Below, one piece after another: positions 21,986 through 31,690 of a stretch of DNA of 41,879 nt. The DNA lies in contig CAIMWD010000020.1 in NCBI GenBank assembly GCA_903845085.1, positions 1 to 41,879 on the forward strand, written 5' to 3'. A program made the position numbers and the translations under genes. Origin of the DNA: an uncultured Acidimicrobiaceae bacterium. GTDB taxonomy: Bacteria > Actinomycetota > Acidimicrobiia > Acidimicrobiales > Bog-793. Below the pieces are notes generated by a model. It saw only the letters and a list, made by a program, of their open reading frames with translations, did not search any database and had not been told where the DNA came from. Position 1 is the stretch's first letter. Each line of letters opens with the position of its first letter.

Positions 21986-23431
21986 ATGACAACTTCGCTT
22001 GCTTCGCCTGCGACCGTGCTCACCGCCGCCGCCCCTACGCCAGCTGCACGCTGGTCACGTTGGAGAAGAGGGGAGGTTGTGACCGCGTATCTCGCCTTTG
22101 CGATCTTTGCTGTCTTGGTGCTGGCGAAATCCACGGCCATGTTGGAGCCGGATGACTTTGCCTACCGCGCATCGATCGTTGCGCTAAGCCATGGTCAGAT
22201 CCTGCTGACAAATACGCAGTATCTCGCAATAAGCCACGGGCTTGCCGCATCGGGTGGTCAGGGAATCATGCAGTGGCATCACACCGCTGCGGGCATGTGG
22301 ATCAGTGAGAAGAATCCCGGATATCCCTTCTTTGCCGTGATCTTCTACCTGATAGGACTTCTCCGAGTCGCGCCGCTCTTCTACGGTGCGATCGCGGCCC
22401 TTGGCCTCTATCACGGTGCTCGAGCCTGGCTCGGACGTTGGGCGGGGGCGCTAGCGGTCTCGCTCTTCCTCTTCTCTGGTGCTGCATTGGTCTTTGCATG
22501 GCGCGCCACTATGCCCACCTTCACCGATGCATCGCTCATCGCCGCCGCGGCCGGCGGTCTTCTCTGGGTAGTGCTTTCACCGCAGCAAAGCACGCGCCGG
22601 CGCGCAGCGGTAGGCCTGCTCTCCTTCGCTGCCTTGGAGGGAGCAACTTTTATCCGATACACCGATGTCGTCGAGCTCATTGTTGCGGTCGTGGTGGTTT
22701 CGCTCGTCCGTAAGCGTGCCCAGCTGTCATGGCTGCTACTCGGTCTGTGGGCGTCGAGCATCCTTTTATTTGCTGGTCTCATCCTTGGCTTTGACCGCTA
22801 CGCCTACGGGCATGCCACTGCGACTGGCTACTCTGCTGGCGAGATCACCTTCTCCACCGCGAGCTTTTGGACCAATCTGACGAAGATGCCCCGTCAGCTT
22901 ACGATCGCAATGCCGATCTGGATCCTGGCCGCGATCGCGATCATTGTGATGATCGTTCGGTCGATGAAGGCGCTGCGAGACGCGCACGCAACGCAGCGGA
23001 TCGTTCGTTCCCGAGACCTCGGGGTGGGTCTCGCGCTTCTCGCGGGCTGGGCTGCGCTTTGGGGGCTGTATCTCAACTACACCTGGACAGTCGGTCAGCT
23101 CACCGGAGGTCACGGTGCGAACACGGTCCACGTGGTGCGTTTCTATCTACCGGTGCTCGGCCTCATCGCACTTTTGGCCACCTGGCTGCTCCGGCGCCTC
23201 ACACCACCGCTCTCGCTCGCGCTGATCATCGGCCTCTTTGTTGCGGGGGTGCTCTCCTTTCAAGCGATGTCGACTGGATCTGTGGGCGGTCCCGGTGGTG
23301 GATTAAACGGCCCGCCTGGCAGCGGTCCGGGAATTATTGGCCCGGCACCTCAGGGTGTGGCGCCATCCGGCGTGGCGCTACGGACCGGGAGTACCCCGCA
23401 GACCGTGATGACGAAGAGCAGCGCGGGCTAA
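21986..23431 (+). CDS. Polytopic membrane protein, probable GT-C-fold glycosyltransferase
   Basis: First TM followed by acidic 'EPDD', loop 'EKNPGYP', many TM segments, 'RFYLP' motif, Gly/Pro-rich tail. Confidence 0.65.
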   Translation: MTTSLASPATVLTAAAPTPAARWSRWRRGEVVTAYLAFAIFAVLVLAKSTAMLEPDDFAYRASIVALSHGQILLTNTQYLAISHGLAASGGQGIMQWHHTAAGMWISEKNPGYPFFAVIFYLIGLLRVAPLFYGAIAALGLYHGARAWLGRWAGALAVSLFLFSGAALVFAWRATMPTFTDASLIAAAAGGLLWVVLSPQQSTRRRAAVGLLSFAALEGATFIRYTDVVELIVAVVVVSLVRKRAQLSWLLLGLWASSILLFAGLILGFDRYAYGHATATGYSAGEITFSTASFWTNLTKMPRQLTIAMPIWILAAIAIIVMIVRSMKALRDAHATQRIVRSRDLGVGLALLAGWAALWGLYLNYTWTVGQLTGGHGANTVHVVRFYLPVLGLIALLATWLLRRLTPPLSLALIIGLFVAGVLSFQAMSTGSVGGPGGGLNGPPGSGPGIIGPAPQGVAPSGVALRTGSTPQTVMTKSSAG

Positions 23432-23508
23432 GCACGGTACCGGTGAGATGAAGTAACCAGCGGTTGGAGATCTTCGTACGGCTTCATCGCTCGACGGAGG
23501 CTCCAGAT

Positions 23509-23946
23509 TTACGACTCGAGCGGTACGGTCAACATCCATCGAATGCTGAATCTGTCGAGAACGACTCCCCAGTAGTAGCCCCAGGGCATCTCTGCCATCT
23601 CCGCCATCTCGCTGCCACCCTCACTGAGCGCCAAAAAGAGTCGGTCAGCCTCTTCGCGACTGTCGCACTCCAGGTTGATCGTGGTGTTGTTACCAACTCG
23701 CAGATCATGCCCCATGGAGGCCAACATATCTGTGCCCATAATGATGTGGCCACCGAGAATTGGAAGCTCAACGTGCATCACCTTGGTGAGCTCCTCATCG
23801 GTAACCGTCGGTGGCAATACCTCAGAGGGGAGGTCACCGAAACGCTGAATGGGTCCGAGAACTTCCGTGCCAAAGACCCCCGCATATTGCGTAAAGGCCT
23901 CCTCGGTAGAACCTAAAAAATTGAGGTAGGTGCTGGTACGTGCCAT
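23509..23946 (-). CDS. VOC/PhnB-family protein
   Basis: TYLNF.G..EEAF, VMHVEL, MPWGYYWG...DRFSIRW. Confidence 0.9.
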   Translation of the reverse strand: MARTSTYLNFLGSTEEAFTQYAGVFGTEVLGPIQRFGDLPSEVLPPTVTDEELTKVMHVELPILGGHIIMGTDMLASMGHDLRVGNNTTINLECDSREEADRLFLALSEGGSEMAEMAEMPWGYYWGVVLDRFSIRWMLTVPLES

Positions 23947-24076
23947 TCGCCACCGTATCGCAGCGGCGCGGGTAGGTGAAGGGCCAAAGCGAACAGGTGC
24001 AGAGGCTGAATTAGGTTTAGCGAGATGGAGGAGACCATCGTCATCTTGAGCATGATTTCAACGGCGAGTGGAACCC

Positions 24077-25144
24077 ATGATTAAGTACCTCGGCTCTAAG
24101 CGCCGGCTCATCACGGAGATCACCACCGCGATCGCCTCCTTCCCCAGCGCAACGAGTGTCACGGATCTCTTCTCGGGGACCTCTCGCGTCGGGCATGCGC
24201 TGAAACGAGCGGGCTATCAGGTGTTTGCCAATGATCACAACAGCTACGCGGCCACCCTCGCCCGATGTTATGTGCAGTGTGACCGCGAGCGGTGGGAGCG
24301 TGATGCGACCGAACTGATTGCTCGATACAACGCGATCTCCGGTGCTCCTGGTTTTGTAACAGAGAGCTACGCAATCGCATCGCGTTACTTTCAAGAGCGC
24401 AATGCGATGCGCATCGACGCCATCCGTGAGGCGATCGCAGAGGACCAGCTTCCAATGGAGCTCGAGGCGATTCTTTTAGTCGCGCTGATGGAAGCGGCCG
24501 ATCGCGTCGATTCCACAACCGGGGTGCAGATGGCATACCTCAAACAGTGGTCCAAGCGCTCGTACAACGATTTGGTTCTTCGCCTGCCAGAGCTGCTCCC
24601 ACAGGCCGTCCATGGTCCGGGTTATGCCTCACAGCTCGAAGCTATCGAGGCAGCTGCGCAGCTGCATGCAGACGTCACCTACCTCGACCCGCCCTACAAC
24701 CAGCACTCCTATCTTGGGAACTATCACATCTGGGAATCGCTGGTCCGTTGGGATCGGCCCGAGCTCTATGGGATCGCGAACAAGCGGGTAGACGTACGTG
24801 AGCGAAAGAGTCCCTTCAACTCAAAACGCGCCTTCGCCGACGCATTTCGCTTGCTTCTGAGCTCGCTCACCTCGCCAGCAATGGTGATTTCCTTCAGCAA
24901 CGAGGGTTTTCTAGAACGCGAGGAGATGGAGGAGATGCTTCGCTCGCTCTATGGCGGGTGCGCACGGGTGCGCACTCTGGTTCACGACTATCCGCGCTAC
25001 GTCGGTGCGCAGATCGGGATTCACAATCCACAGGGTGAGCGAGTTGGCAAGGTGAGTCATCTCCGCAATAACGAGTACCTCTTTCTCGTGGCTCAGCCGG
25101 ACTATCCATCCATCGCTCTCGCCGAGGAGATCGTGCTTACCTAG
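24077..25144 (+). CDS. Orphan N6-adenine DNA methyltransferase (D12 class)
   Basis: IKYLGSKRRL, DLFSGT (SAM-binding motif), YLDPPY (catalytic motif). Confidence 0.9.
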   Translation: MIKYLGSKRRLITEITTAIASFPSATSVTDLFSGTSRVGHALKRAGYQVFANDHNSYAATLARCYVQCDRERWERDATELIARYNAISGAPGFVTESYAIASRYFQERNAMRIDAIREAIAEDQLPMELEAILLVALMEAADRVDSTTGVQMAYLKQWSKRSYNDLVLRLPELLPQAVHGPGYASQLEAIEAAAQLHADVTYLDPPYNQHSYLGNYHIWESLVRWDRPELYGIANKRVDVRERKSPFNSKRAFADAFRLLLSSLTSPAMVISFSNEGFLEREEMEEMLRSLYGGCARVRTLVHDYPRYVGAQIGIHNPQGERVGKVSHLRNNEYLFLVAQPDYPSIALAEEIVLT

Positions 25145-25228
25145 GGGACGCGCGATGGTGAGATGCACTGCTCCTCGCGGCTGAACCTCCCCGGTCGCCG
25201 AAAGCAAAACACCTACACTCGACTCAAG

Positions 25229-26506
25229 ATGCAATCCTTTCACCCGCGAGGTGCGCGCGATGATCGTTCTGGAGTCGCGACGAGCGGTTCGATCGTTTCT
25301 CCCGCTACCTCGTGGATTCTGCCACTTGTGTCAGGGCTCGGTGCGCTTGGTCTCGCGATCTTTCTCGCGGTGCAAAAGTTTGAGGTTGACATGGCGGTCT
25401 ATCTCATGGGTGGCCGTCACGCGTTCAGTGCCTTGCTCTATCGGGTAGAGGTTCCGCGTCGCCCCTACCTTGTCTTTACCTATCCGCCCTTTGCGGCGAT
25501 CCTCTTCGCACCTCTGGCGGATGTCGTCTCGCGCACTACAGCGCAGGTGCTGTGGGCGATCGTCAACATCGCCGCCCTCTTCGGCTTAATTCACCTTTCG
25601 CTCCGGCTGGCGCGTCCCCATTTGGATAGGTTGGAGCGGCGACGTTGGAGTATGGTCCTCCTCCTCCCCACGCTTCTCCTAAATCCAGTTCTCCTCACCG
25701 TGGGTCTTGGCCAGGTCGACCTTGTTCTCTGCCTTGCGGTGCTCTTTGACCTCTGCTCACCCCGTCAGATCGGGCGCGTGACGGTTCCACTTGGTCTGAT
25801 AATTGGTGTCGCCGCATCGATCAAATTGACGCCGCTCCTCTTCATCCCCTATCTGTTGATGACCGGAAGGCGGCGAGGTGCGCTCACCGCAGGTGTGAGC
25901 TTTATCCTCTGCACCACGATCGCCTTCGTGTTAACGCCACGAGCGTCGTGGATTTATTGGAGATTTGATGTCCGAGTGGCCAAGCGGGCAGGCGCGCTCT
26001 TTGATGTCAGTGATCAGAACCTACGGAGCCTGCTCTCTCGGTTTCTCCACGAACCGGTGCCAGGCAATATCCTCTGGCCTCTCGTGCTCGTCATCGCGGT
26101 CGGTGGACTGTTGCTCGCGGCCAGGGCACACCGGTCCTATTCGCCGCTCTTTGGCGTAATTGTCTGCGCCAACACCGAGTTATTGGTCTCGCCAATCACC
26201 TGGACCCACCACCTCGTCTGGATAGTGCCCGCTCTTCTCTGGCTGGGGCTCAGCGCTGATGCTCCACGTCACGGAGCGCTCATCGCACTTGCGTTGGCGC
26301 TGGTGTTTTGGAGCGCGCCGATCTGGCGCGTCCCCACCTCATATATTCCACGCGCTGATCCGATAGAGCTCCATGAACACGGATGGCAGCTCATTGCCGG
26401 AAACGCCTTTGCACTCATTCTCGTGCTCACGCTGGTCGCGACGGCGATCCTTCTCGGCCGGCGGGCCTCACGCTTGTCACGCAGATCGATAGCACCGAGC
26501 CGGTAA
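25229..26506 (+). CDS. GT87 polyprenyl-phosphate mannosyltransferase (PimE-like)
   Basis: D..VY, FTYPPFAA, GQVDL, IKLTP, DQNL, SPITWTHH; start uncertain. Confidence 0.88.
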   Translation: MQSFHPRGARDDRSGVATSGSIVSPATSWILPLVSGLGALGLAIFLAVQKFEVDMAVYLMGGRHAFSALLYRVEVPRRPYLVFTYPPFAAILFAPLADVVSRTTAQVLWAIVNIAALFGLIHLSLRLARPHLDRLERRRWSMVLLLPTLLLNPVLLTVGLGQVDLVLCLAVLFDLCSPRQIGRVTVPLGLIIGVAASIKLTPLLFIPYLLMTGRRRGALTAGVSFILCTTIAFVLTPRASWIYWRFDVRVAKRAGALFDVSDQNLRSLLSRFLHEPVPGNILWPLVLVIAVGGLLLAARAHRSYSPLFGVIVCANTELLVSPITWTHHLVWIVPALLWLGLSADAPRHGALIALALALVFWSAPIWRVPTSYIPRADPIELHEHGWQLIAGNAFALILVLTLVATAILLGRRASRLSRRSIAPSR

Positions 26507-26583
26507 CGAGTCGCCGACTTTGTAGGTCGCGGGAGGAGCGGTCATGGCGACAGAGATCTCTCAGTGGGACACAGATCAAAAAG

Positions 26584-26656
26584 CACCCCCAACGGGATTC
26601 GAACCCGTGTTTCCGCCGTGAAAGGGCGGCGTCCTCGGCCGCTGGACGATGGGGGC
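26584..26656 (-). tRNA. tRNA-Glu(TTC), CCA not encoded
   Basis: GCCCCCA...TGGGGGT-G; anticodon arm CCGCC CTTTCAC GGCGG; T loop GGTTCGAATCC. Confidence 0.96.
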
Positions 26657-26759
26657 CACTGCGGTGCAGGCTGGCAACTCTACCAGCGGTGTCACTCCAA
26701 CTCTCTCCGAGGCAGGCGAGATCGCTCCAGCGCTTGCATCCCCTTTGGGATATCTGGCG

Positions 26760-28049
26760 CTAGCTGATCGACCAGTTTGTTCCCTCGGGAGCATCTTTGA
26801 GTTCGATGCCGAGCGCAATCAATTGGTCACGGATCGCATCGGCATCACTAAATCGTCGTTCGGCTCGAGCGCTCTGGCGAAGCGCGATCAGTATCTCCAT
26901 GAAGGGCGCGAGACGCTCCCTTGGATCGCGCATTCCCTCGACCGCCGCTGCACCAAATTCTGCGATCATTGCGCGGAGTGCGGCGCGAGCGCGGAGAAGG
27001 TCATCCTGACCTGGGGAGTCGGTCGACCATTCATGGAAGGACTGTTCTAGATCGAGGATCACCGAGGTTGCCTCCGGTGAATCACCCCCTGCGAGAGCAA
27101 GGTGAAACGACTGCTCGGCGCCCTGGACGAGATCGAGGAGAAGCGCGGTCGCCTCCGGAGGCGTCGCACCTCCGCCTGAGGGTGTTCCTGCGTTGACGTT
27201 GTGCGTTGAGGTGCGCGAGTGGGAGCTGGGACGAGTTCCCGCAAGAAGATCAGCGATTGCGATCCTTTCTCCAGAGTTATAGATCGTGGAGTCGCCATTT
27301 TTACGGATAGTGATGGTGCCAATGCCACCCATCGTTGCGGTCATCTCGTCAAGGTCAAGGGTGCAGGAGGAGTGCTCATCGATGCCGAAGACGAAGGCCT
27401 GGTCGGGCATCATCTCCTCCATCATGTGGAGACGTCGCTCTCCGAGATAACAGAATCGAGTGTCGTGTGTTCCGCCCTCTGCATTGTTGTAGTGCGGGAT
27501 CACCGCCGCATGAATGCCAAAGAGCGAGAGGAGATCGAGTCCCTCGAGCCAGTAGGGATCCATGCCTACCTTGTAGATCTCATAGACCGGAACGGTCAAC
27601 GCGCCAAGGGTCAGTGCCGCAGCGCTCGCGAAGGTCACGGCGCCTCCGGTAGAGATCTTCTCCGAAAGAAGCTGCGGAACGATCGTCTCCTGCCACTGTC
27701 GCAGCGCGTAAGAGGGACTACCGGGACCCGAAAAGACGTACCGGGATCGGCGGATGTTGGTCGTGAGTGCCTCGGAGAGAAAGCGCGGCTCCGCCTGTGT
27801 GGGGTCATCTGGGTCGATGCCGCTCGCGTTGGTAATCGTGGTGGAAAGACTCTCGCGAAAGTAGAGCTGCACCCGCTGCGTGAGCTCGTTCGCATTCTCT
27901 TGAAAACCGAAGGGAGTGTCGAGCAACACCGAGGGAACGGGGCGTGCGCCGAGCCGTTCGAGGATCTCGCGGTGCACCTTCACCATGGTCGGTGAGGTCT
28001 CACCGGAGCCCATCAGTGTCAGTAGTCGCGGTAGCGCCTCATCCGTCAT
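26760..28049 (-). CDS. Peptidase S51/cyanophycinase-like hydrolase fused to a CysRS-type anticodon-binding domain
   Basis: N-part LMGSGE, FSGPGS, FASAAA (Ser), IPHYNN (His), GIDE (Glu). C-part 'LRQSARAERRFSDADAIRDQLIALGIELKDAPEGTNW' resembles the CysRS C-terminus. Confidence 0.8.
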   Translation of the reverse strand: MTDEALPRLLTLMGSGETSPTMVKVHREILERLGARPVPSVLLDTPFGFQENANELTQRVQLYFRESLSTTITNASGIDPDDPTQAEPRFLSEALTTNIRRSRYVFSGPGSPSYALRQWQETIVPQLLSEKISTGGAVTFASAAALTLGALTVPVYEIYKVGMDPYWLEGLDLLSLFGIHAAVIPHYNNAEGGTHDTRFCYLGERRLHMMEEMMPDQAFVFGIDEHSSCTLDLDEMTATMGGIGTITIRKNGDSTIYNSGERIAIADLLAGTRPSSHSRTSTHNVNAGTPSGGGATPPEATALLLDLVQGAEQSFHLALAGGDSPEATSVILDLEQSFHEWSTDSPGQDDLLRARAALRAMIAEFGAAAVEGMRDPRERLAPFMEILIALRQSARAERRFSDADAIRDQLIALGIELKDAPEGTNWSIS

Positions 28050-28641
28050 GATCTACCTCCGGCATCGGTGTTCCGTCCCAACGCAGGCCGCCGAGTGGCT
28101 CTCCCCATGGATCCCCTGGAAGCTCCACCTGATTATCTGGAATCGGGTCAGGGAGCTCTTCGGCGAGCACCGAGATAATCGCCTCTTGGAGATAGGAGAG
28201 AAAGTGGTAACAGATCCACTCGCTATAGAGGGGATCGTCCGGCGCGACGTCGTGCTCATCCTCGGTAATGCCGAGCAGTGAGCCGAACATGAGTCGCAGG
28301 CTCGATATCGCCCCAAGCCACCGTTCGAGCTCGCTCATATCAAGATGTTGTGCAGTGGCAGAGTTACGAAGCACCAAGAGCGACTCGCGATGGTGGTCGA
28401 GAAGATCACGGCGCATTAGTCGGGTGTAGGCGTCATCGGCTGAGGCGTCGGTTGGATAGGCGGGCGGAAAGAGGCGTCGCAGCGTCTCGGGCACGATCGC
28501 CTCGGGATTCACCACTTTGTCGAGCTCATCTAACATCCGCTGAGGAAGAGCGGCCAGCAGCTCACGCGCGTTTTCAGGAAGGTGAATGTCGTAGCCACCG
28601 GAGGCAACTGCGGTGATGGGACGATCCTCAGCGAGACTCAT
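28039..28641 (-). CDS. DUF2017-family protein
   Basis: [35 protein letters not shown]; follows clpS with an ATGA overlap. Confidence 0.85.
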   Translation of the reverse strand: MSLAEDRPITAVASGGYDIHLPENARELLAALPQRMLDELDKVVNPEAIVPETLRRLFPPAYPTDASADDAYTRLMRRDLLDHHRESLLVLRNSATAQHLDMSELERWLGAISSLRLMFGSLLGITEDEHDVAPDDPLYSEWICYHFLSYLQEAIISVLAEELPDPIPDNQVELPGDPWGEPLGGLRWDGTPMPEVDHDG

Positions 28642-28961
28642 CCAGATTGCTCCATCGTCGCCCAAAGGCCATGGCGATGTAGCCGGGCGACATCGAGCTC
28701 TGCTCGCTCGCGCGACCCGGTTGCGACGACGGCACGTCCCTTGTGGTGCACATCCAACATGAGTTTTGTCGCCTTCTCCTTTGAGTAGCCGAAGAGCTTT
28801 TGCAGTACGAAGGTGACGTAGCTCATGAGGTTTATGGGGTCGTTCCAGACGATCACGAGCCAGGGGCGGTCAAAGGAGACATGCTCCTCCGCACGGGCGA
28901 CGTCGATGACCTCTGGCGATGCCTCGATTGTCGAGGCGCGGGATATATGCACGTCTCTCAT
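28638..28961 (-). CDS. clpS: ClpS N-degron adaptor
   Basis: [25 protein letters not shown]...MLDVHHKG...GLWATM. Confidence 0.96.
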   Translation of the reverse strand: MRDVHISRASTIEASPEVIDVARAEEHVSFDRPWLVIVWNDPINLMSYVTFVLQKLFGYSKEKATKLMLDVHHKGRAVVATGSRERAELDVARLHRHGLWATMEQSG

Positions 28962-29923
28962 CCCTGTCCAACCCGGTGTGCCTCTGCCATCGGGGCATCG
29001 ACGCTGTGCTCATTGATGCTCTGTGGTGTTCGTAGGTGGAGGTAAAACCAGATCATGGTGCACCAGAGGGTGGTGACTCCGGCAAGGTGGAGCTCCACCA
29101 CGATCGCGGAATCATGGAGAAAGTACTGCGTATAACCAAGGACTCCCTGAAGTGCCATCAGTTCGAAGAGCCATCGGGCTCGTCGTTCGATCGCAAAGGG
29201 CGGTTTGGCGTAGTGAATCGCAAACAGTGAGGCAAGGGTGAGGCCAATGAGAAAGAGCGCGACATCGGCATGGAGCTCTGCGATGTCATGGAAGGCGATG
29301 GGAATACGTCGCGTGCCGGGAGCGCCGGCGTGGGGGCCAGATCCAGAGACCACGGAGCCGATCGACACAAGGAGGGTCAGTACTCCGAGGAGGAGACGGT
29401 AAAGCCAGATGAGCGTCGGATCAAGCACAAAGGTGCTGCCGCGAGGTCCGTAGATGGCGCGGAAGGCGAGTATGAGCGCGTCAGCCAACACGACGAAGGT
29501 GAGGACGAAGTGCACTGAAACCAGATAGGGATTGAGTTTTGTCAAAACCACGATGCCACCGAGAACGATCTGAGCGATCAGACCGAGTACGAGACCAAAG
29601 CTGAGCCAGGTCAGATCGCGTCGTCGCTCGCGAAGGCAGAGTGCAAAGAGATAGGCGAGGATCGAGATCACGCTTACCGCAGCGGTAATGCAACGGTTCC
29701 CAAACTCAATGAGTGGGTGATAGGAGAGTGCAGAGGTGAATTGGTGTTGGTAGCAGCTAGGCCAGTCCGGGCAACCGAGGCCCGAGCCGGTCAGGCGCAC
29801 GGCGCCTCCGGTGAGGACTAAAAGTGCGTAACAACCGGCAGCGGCGACGGCGACGAGGATAAAAATCCTCTGACTGATCTCTGGCTTACGCACGATTTCC
29901 CCATCGTAGGGCGCGAGGCTCAT
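28958..29923 (-). CDS. ctaA: COX15/CtaA heme A synthase family
   Basis: [43 protein letters not shown]. Confidence 0.9.
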   Translation of the reverse strand: MSLAPYDGEIVRKPEISQRIFILVAVAAAGCYALLVLTGGAVRLTGSGLGCPDWPSCYQHQFTSALSYHPLIEFGNRCITAAVSVISILAYLFALCLRERRRDLTWLSFGLVLGLIAQIVLGGIVVLTKLNPYLVSVHFVLTFVVLADALILAFRAIYGPRGSTFVLDPTLIWLYRLLLGVLTLLVSIGSVVSGSGPHAGAPGTRRIPIAFHDIAELHADVALFLIGLTLASLFAIHYAKPPFAIERRARWLFELMALQGVLGYTQYFLHDSAIVVELHLAGVTTLWCTMIWFYLHLRTPQSINEHSVDAPMAEAHRVGQG

Positions 29924-29969
29924 GGGGTGTCACCTTGGCTGATCGCGCGTCGACTTTATTGCCACATAC

Positions 29970-30692
29970 TCAGTCGAAGGAGAAGTAGCGGGCCGCGAAA
30001 GCTGGCGCCACGAAGGCCCAGATAGCGAGTGTGATCCAGCCCGATAGCGGTGCCTGACCTCCGGAGAGGAGGGGGTGAAGAATATTGGTCAACGCTCCTG
30101 CGGGAAGGTAACGGGCGACGTTCGCAAAACTCCCTAACTTGCTGAGCGGGAAGACGATGCCACCGATCATGAGCAGGATGACATAGAGGCCATTGACCAA
30201 AGCGAGCGTCGCCTCGGCGCGGAGCGTCCCCGCAAGCGTGAGGCCGATCCCACCGAAGGCGATTGAGGCAAGCGCGAGCGCACCGATTCCCGCAAAGATG
30301 CTCATGCCCGGGTGCCACCCAAGGATCAGCGCCACACCACCAAGAAGAATGACCTGCACAATCTCAATTTCGATGATGGACAAGATCTTGGCCACGATGA
30401 GTGCACGTCGGCCGAGTGGCGTCATCCCAATACGACGGAGCACTCCGTAGCTGCGTTCAAATCCTGTCGAGATACCGAGGCTCACCATCGAACTCGACAT
30501 GATCGCCAGTGCAAGGATCCCCGGTGCGACGAAGGCGATGCCGTGGATTCGCCCCGTCGAGATGATCGAGACCTTACTGGTGAAGAGCAGGAGCAGAAGC
30601 GGGATGCCGAAAGTGACGAGAAGCGACTCTCCCCGTTCCAGCGTCATCCGAAGCTCCGCTGCTGCCTGTGATCGAATCGCACGGAGTCTCAT
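29970..30692 (-). CDS. ABC-2 type permease
   Basis: About six TM segments, GFERSYGVLRR...TPL, GTLRAEATLAL; same ABC-ABC-ctaA context as mycobacterial Rv1458c-Rv1456c. Confidence 0.9.
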   Translation of the reverse strand: MRLRAIRSQAAAELRMTLERGESLLVTFGIPLLLLLFTSKVSIISTGRIHGIAFVAPGILALAIMSSSMVSLGISTGFERSYGVLRRIGMTPLGRRALIVAKILSIIEIEIVQVILLGGVALILGWHPGMSIFAGIGALALASIAFGGIGLTLAGTLRAEATLALVNGLYVILLMIGGIVFPLSKLGSFANVARYLPAGALTNILHPLLSGGQAPLSGWITLAIWAFVAPAFAARYFSFD

Positions 30693-31660
30693 CGAGACCT
30701 CCTTCGACCCCGTGAACCCCGGCCCGTCTCACTTCGCGAGTTCGGCTCCTCCTCAGTCGCAGTCAGCGCAAGGAAGATCTCCTCGAGCGACTGTCCGCCA
30801 GAGGAGAGAGAGGAGAGATCGTGATGGTGCAGTGAGAGCCAGTGACAGATCTGCTCGATCGATCCGTTGAGATCTGCGACGGGGATGCGATAGCGAAGAT
30901 GACCCTCCTCGACAACAGTTAGGCCAAGATCACCGGCCATCTCGTCGATGGCGATTGGCGTATCGGTGGAGAGGTGAATGACGCGGTCCTTTCCACGAAG
31001 CTCGTCGAGGGTGCCGCTTGCGACCACCTCGCCGTCGGCGATAATCACCACACGGTCGGCGAGTCGCTCCGCCTCCTCCAGCTCGTGCGTGGTGAGTACG
31101 ACGGCAACACCATCCTCCCGGAGTTGGGAGATAATGGCACGAACCATGAGGCGCCCGCTGGGGTCGATGCCTGCAGTGGGTTCGTCGAGAAAAACTACCC
31201 GGGGTCGCCCAACGAGGGAGAGTGCGAGGGAGAGTCGTTGGCGCTCACCGCCGGAGAGGCGACGCGCTGGGGTGCGACCGACTTCGACGAGACCCACGGT
31301 CTCCAAGAGCTCGCCGGGGGATCGGGGGTTCTCGTAGTAGTCAGCAAAGAGCCGGAGCGCACGCTCAGGGGAGAGCTGTGGGTAGGTGCCAGAACCCTGC
31401 AACATGACGCCTACGGAGGCGATGAGACGCTTATGATCGTCGACCGGATCGAGGCCAAGGACGCGCACGGTGCCCCTAGTCGGACGGCGAAAGCCCTCCG
31501 TGGTCTCGATGGTGGAGGTCTTGCCGGCGCCGTTGGGACCCAGAAGGGCAACGATCTCACCGGCACCTACGGAGAACGAGACGTCGCGCACGGCCTCCTT
31601 TGCGCCAAAATGCACTGCGAGATTCTCGACTTCAATTGCCGGCATGGTGGGTTCTGGCAT
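30689..31660 (-). CDS. ABC transporter ATP-binding protein
   Basis: GPNGAGKT, LSGGE, FLDEPTAG, TTH; start set at ATG 31660. Confidence 0.93.
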   Translation of the reverse strand: MPEPTMPAIEVENLAVHFGAKEAVRDVSFSVGAGEIVALLGPNGAGKTSTIETTEGFRRPTRGTVRVLGLDPVDDHKRLIASVGVMLQGSGTYPQLSPERALRLFADYYENPRSPGELLETVGLVEVGRTPARRLSGGERQRLSLALSLVGRPRVVFLDEPTAGIDPSGRLMVRAIISQLREDGVAVVLTTHELEEAERLADRVVIIADGEVVASGTLDELRGKDRVIHLSTDTPIAIDEMAGDLGLTVVEEGHLRYRIPVADLNGSIEQICHWLSLHHHDLSSLSSGGQSLEEIFLALTATEEEPNSRSETGRGSRGRRRSR

Positions 31661-31665
31661 GGGTG

Positions 31666-31690
31666 AAAAAAACGGCGCGCTAGTGCGCGC
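31666..31690 (-). terminator. Intrinsic terminator overlapping the regX3 stop
   Basis: Minus strand GCGCGC-ACTA-GCGCGC-CG-TTTTTTT. Confidence 0.55.

Noticed and set aside
26760-28049. Cysteinyl-tRNA synthetase
   Set aside because: Only the anticodon-binding part is present; no HIGH/KMSKS catalytic domain.
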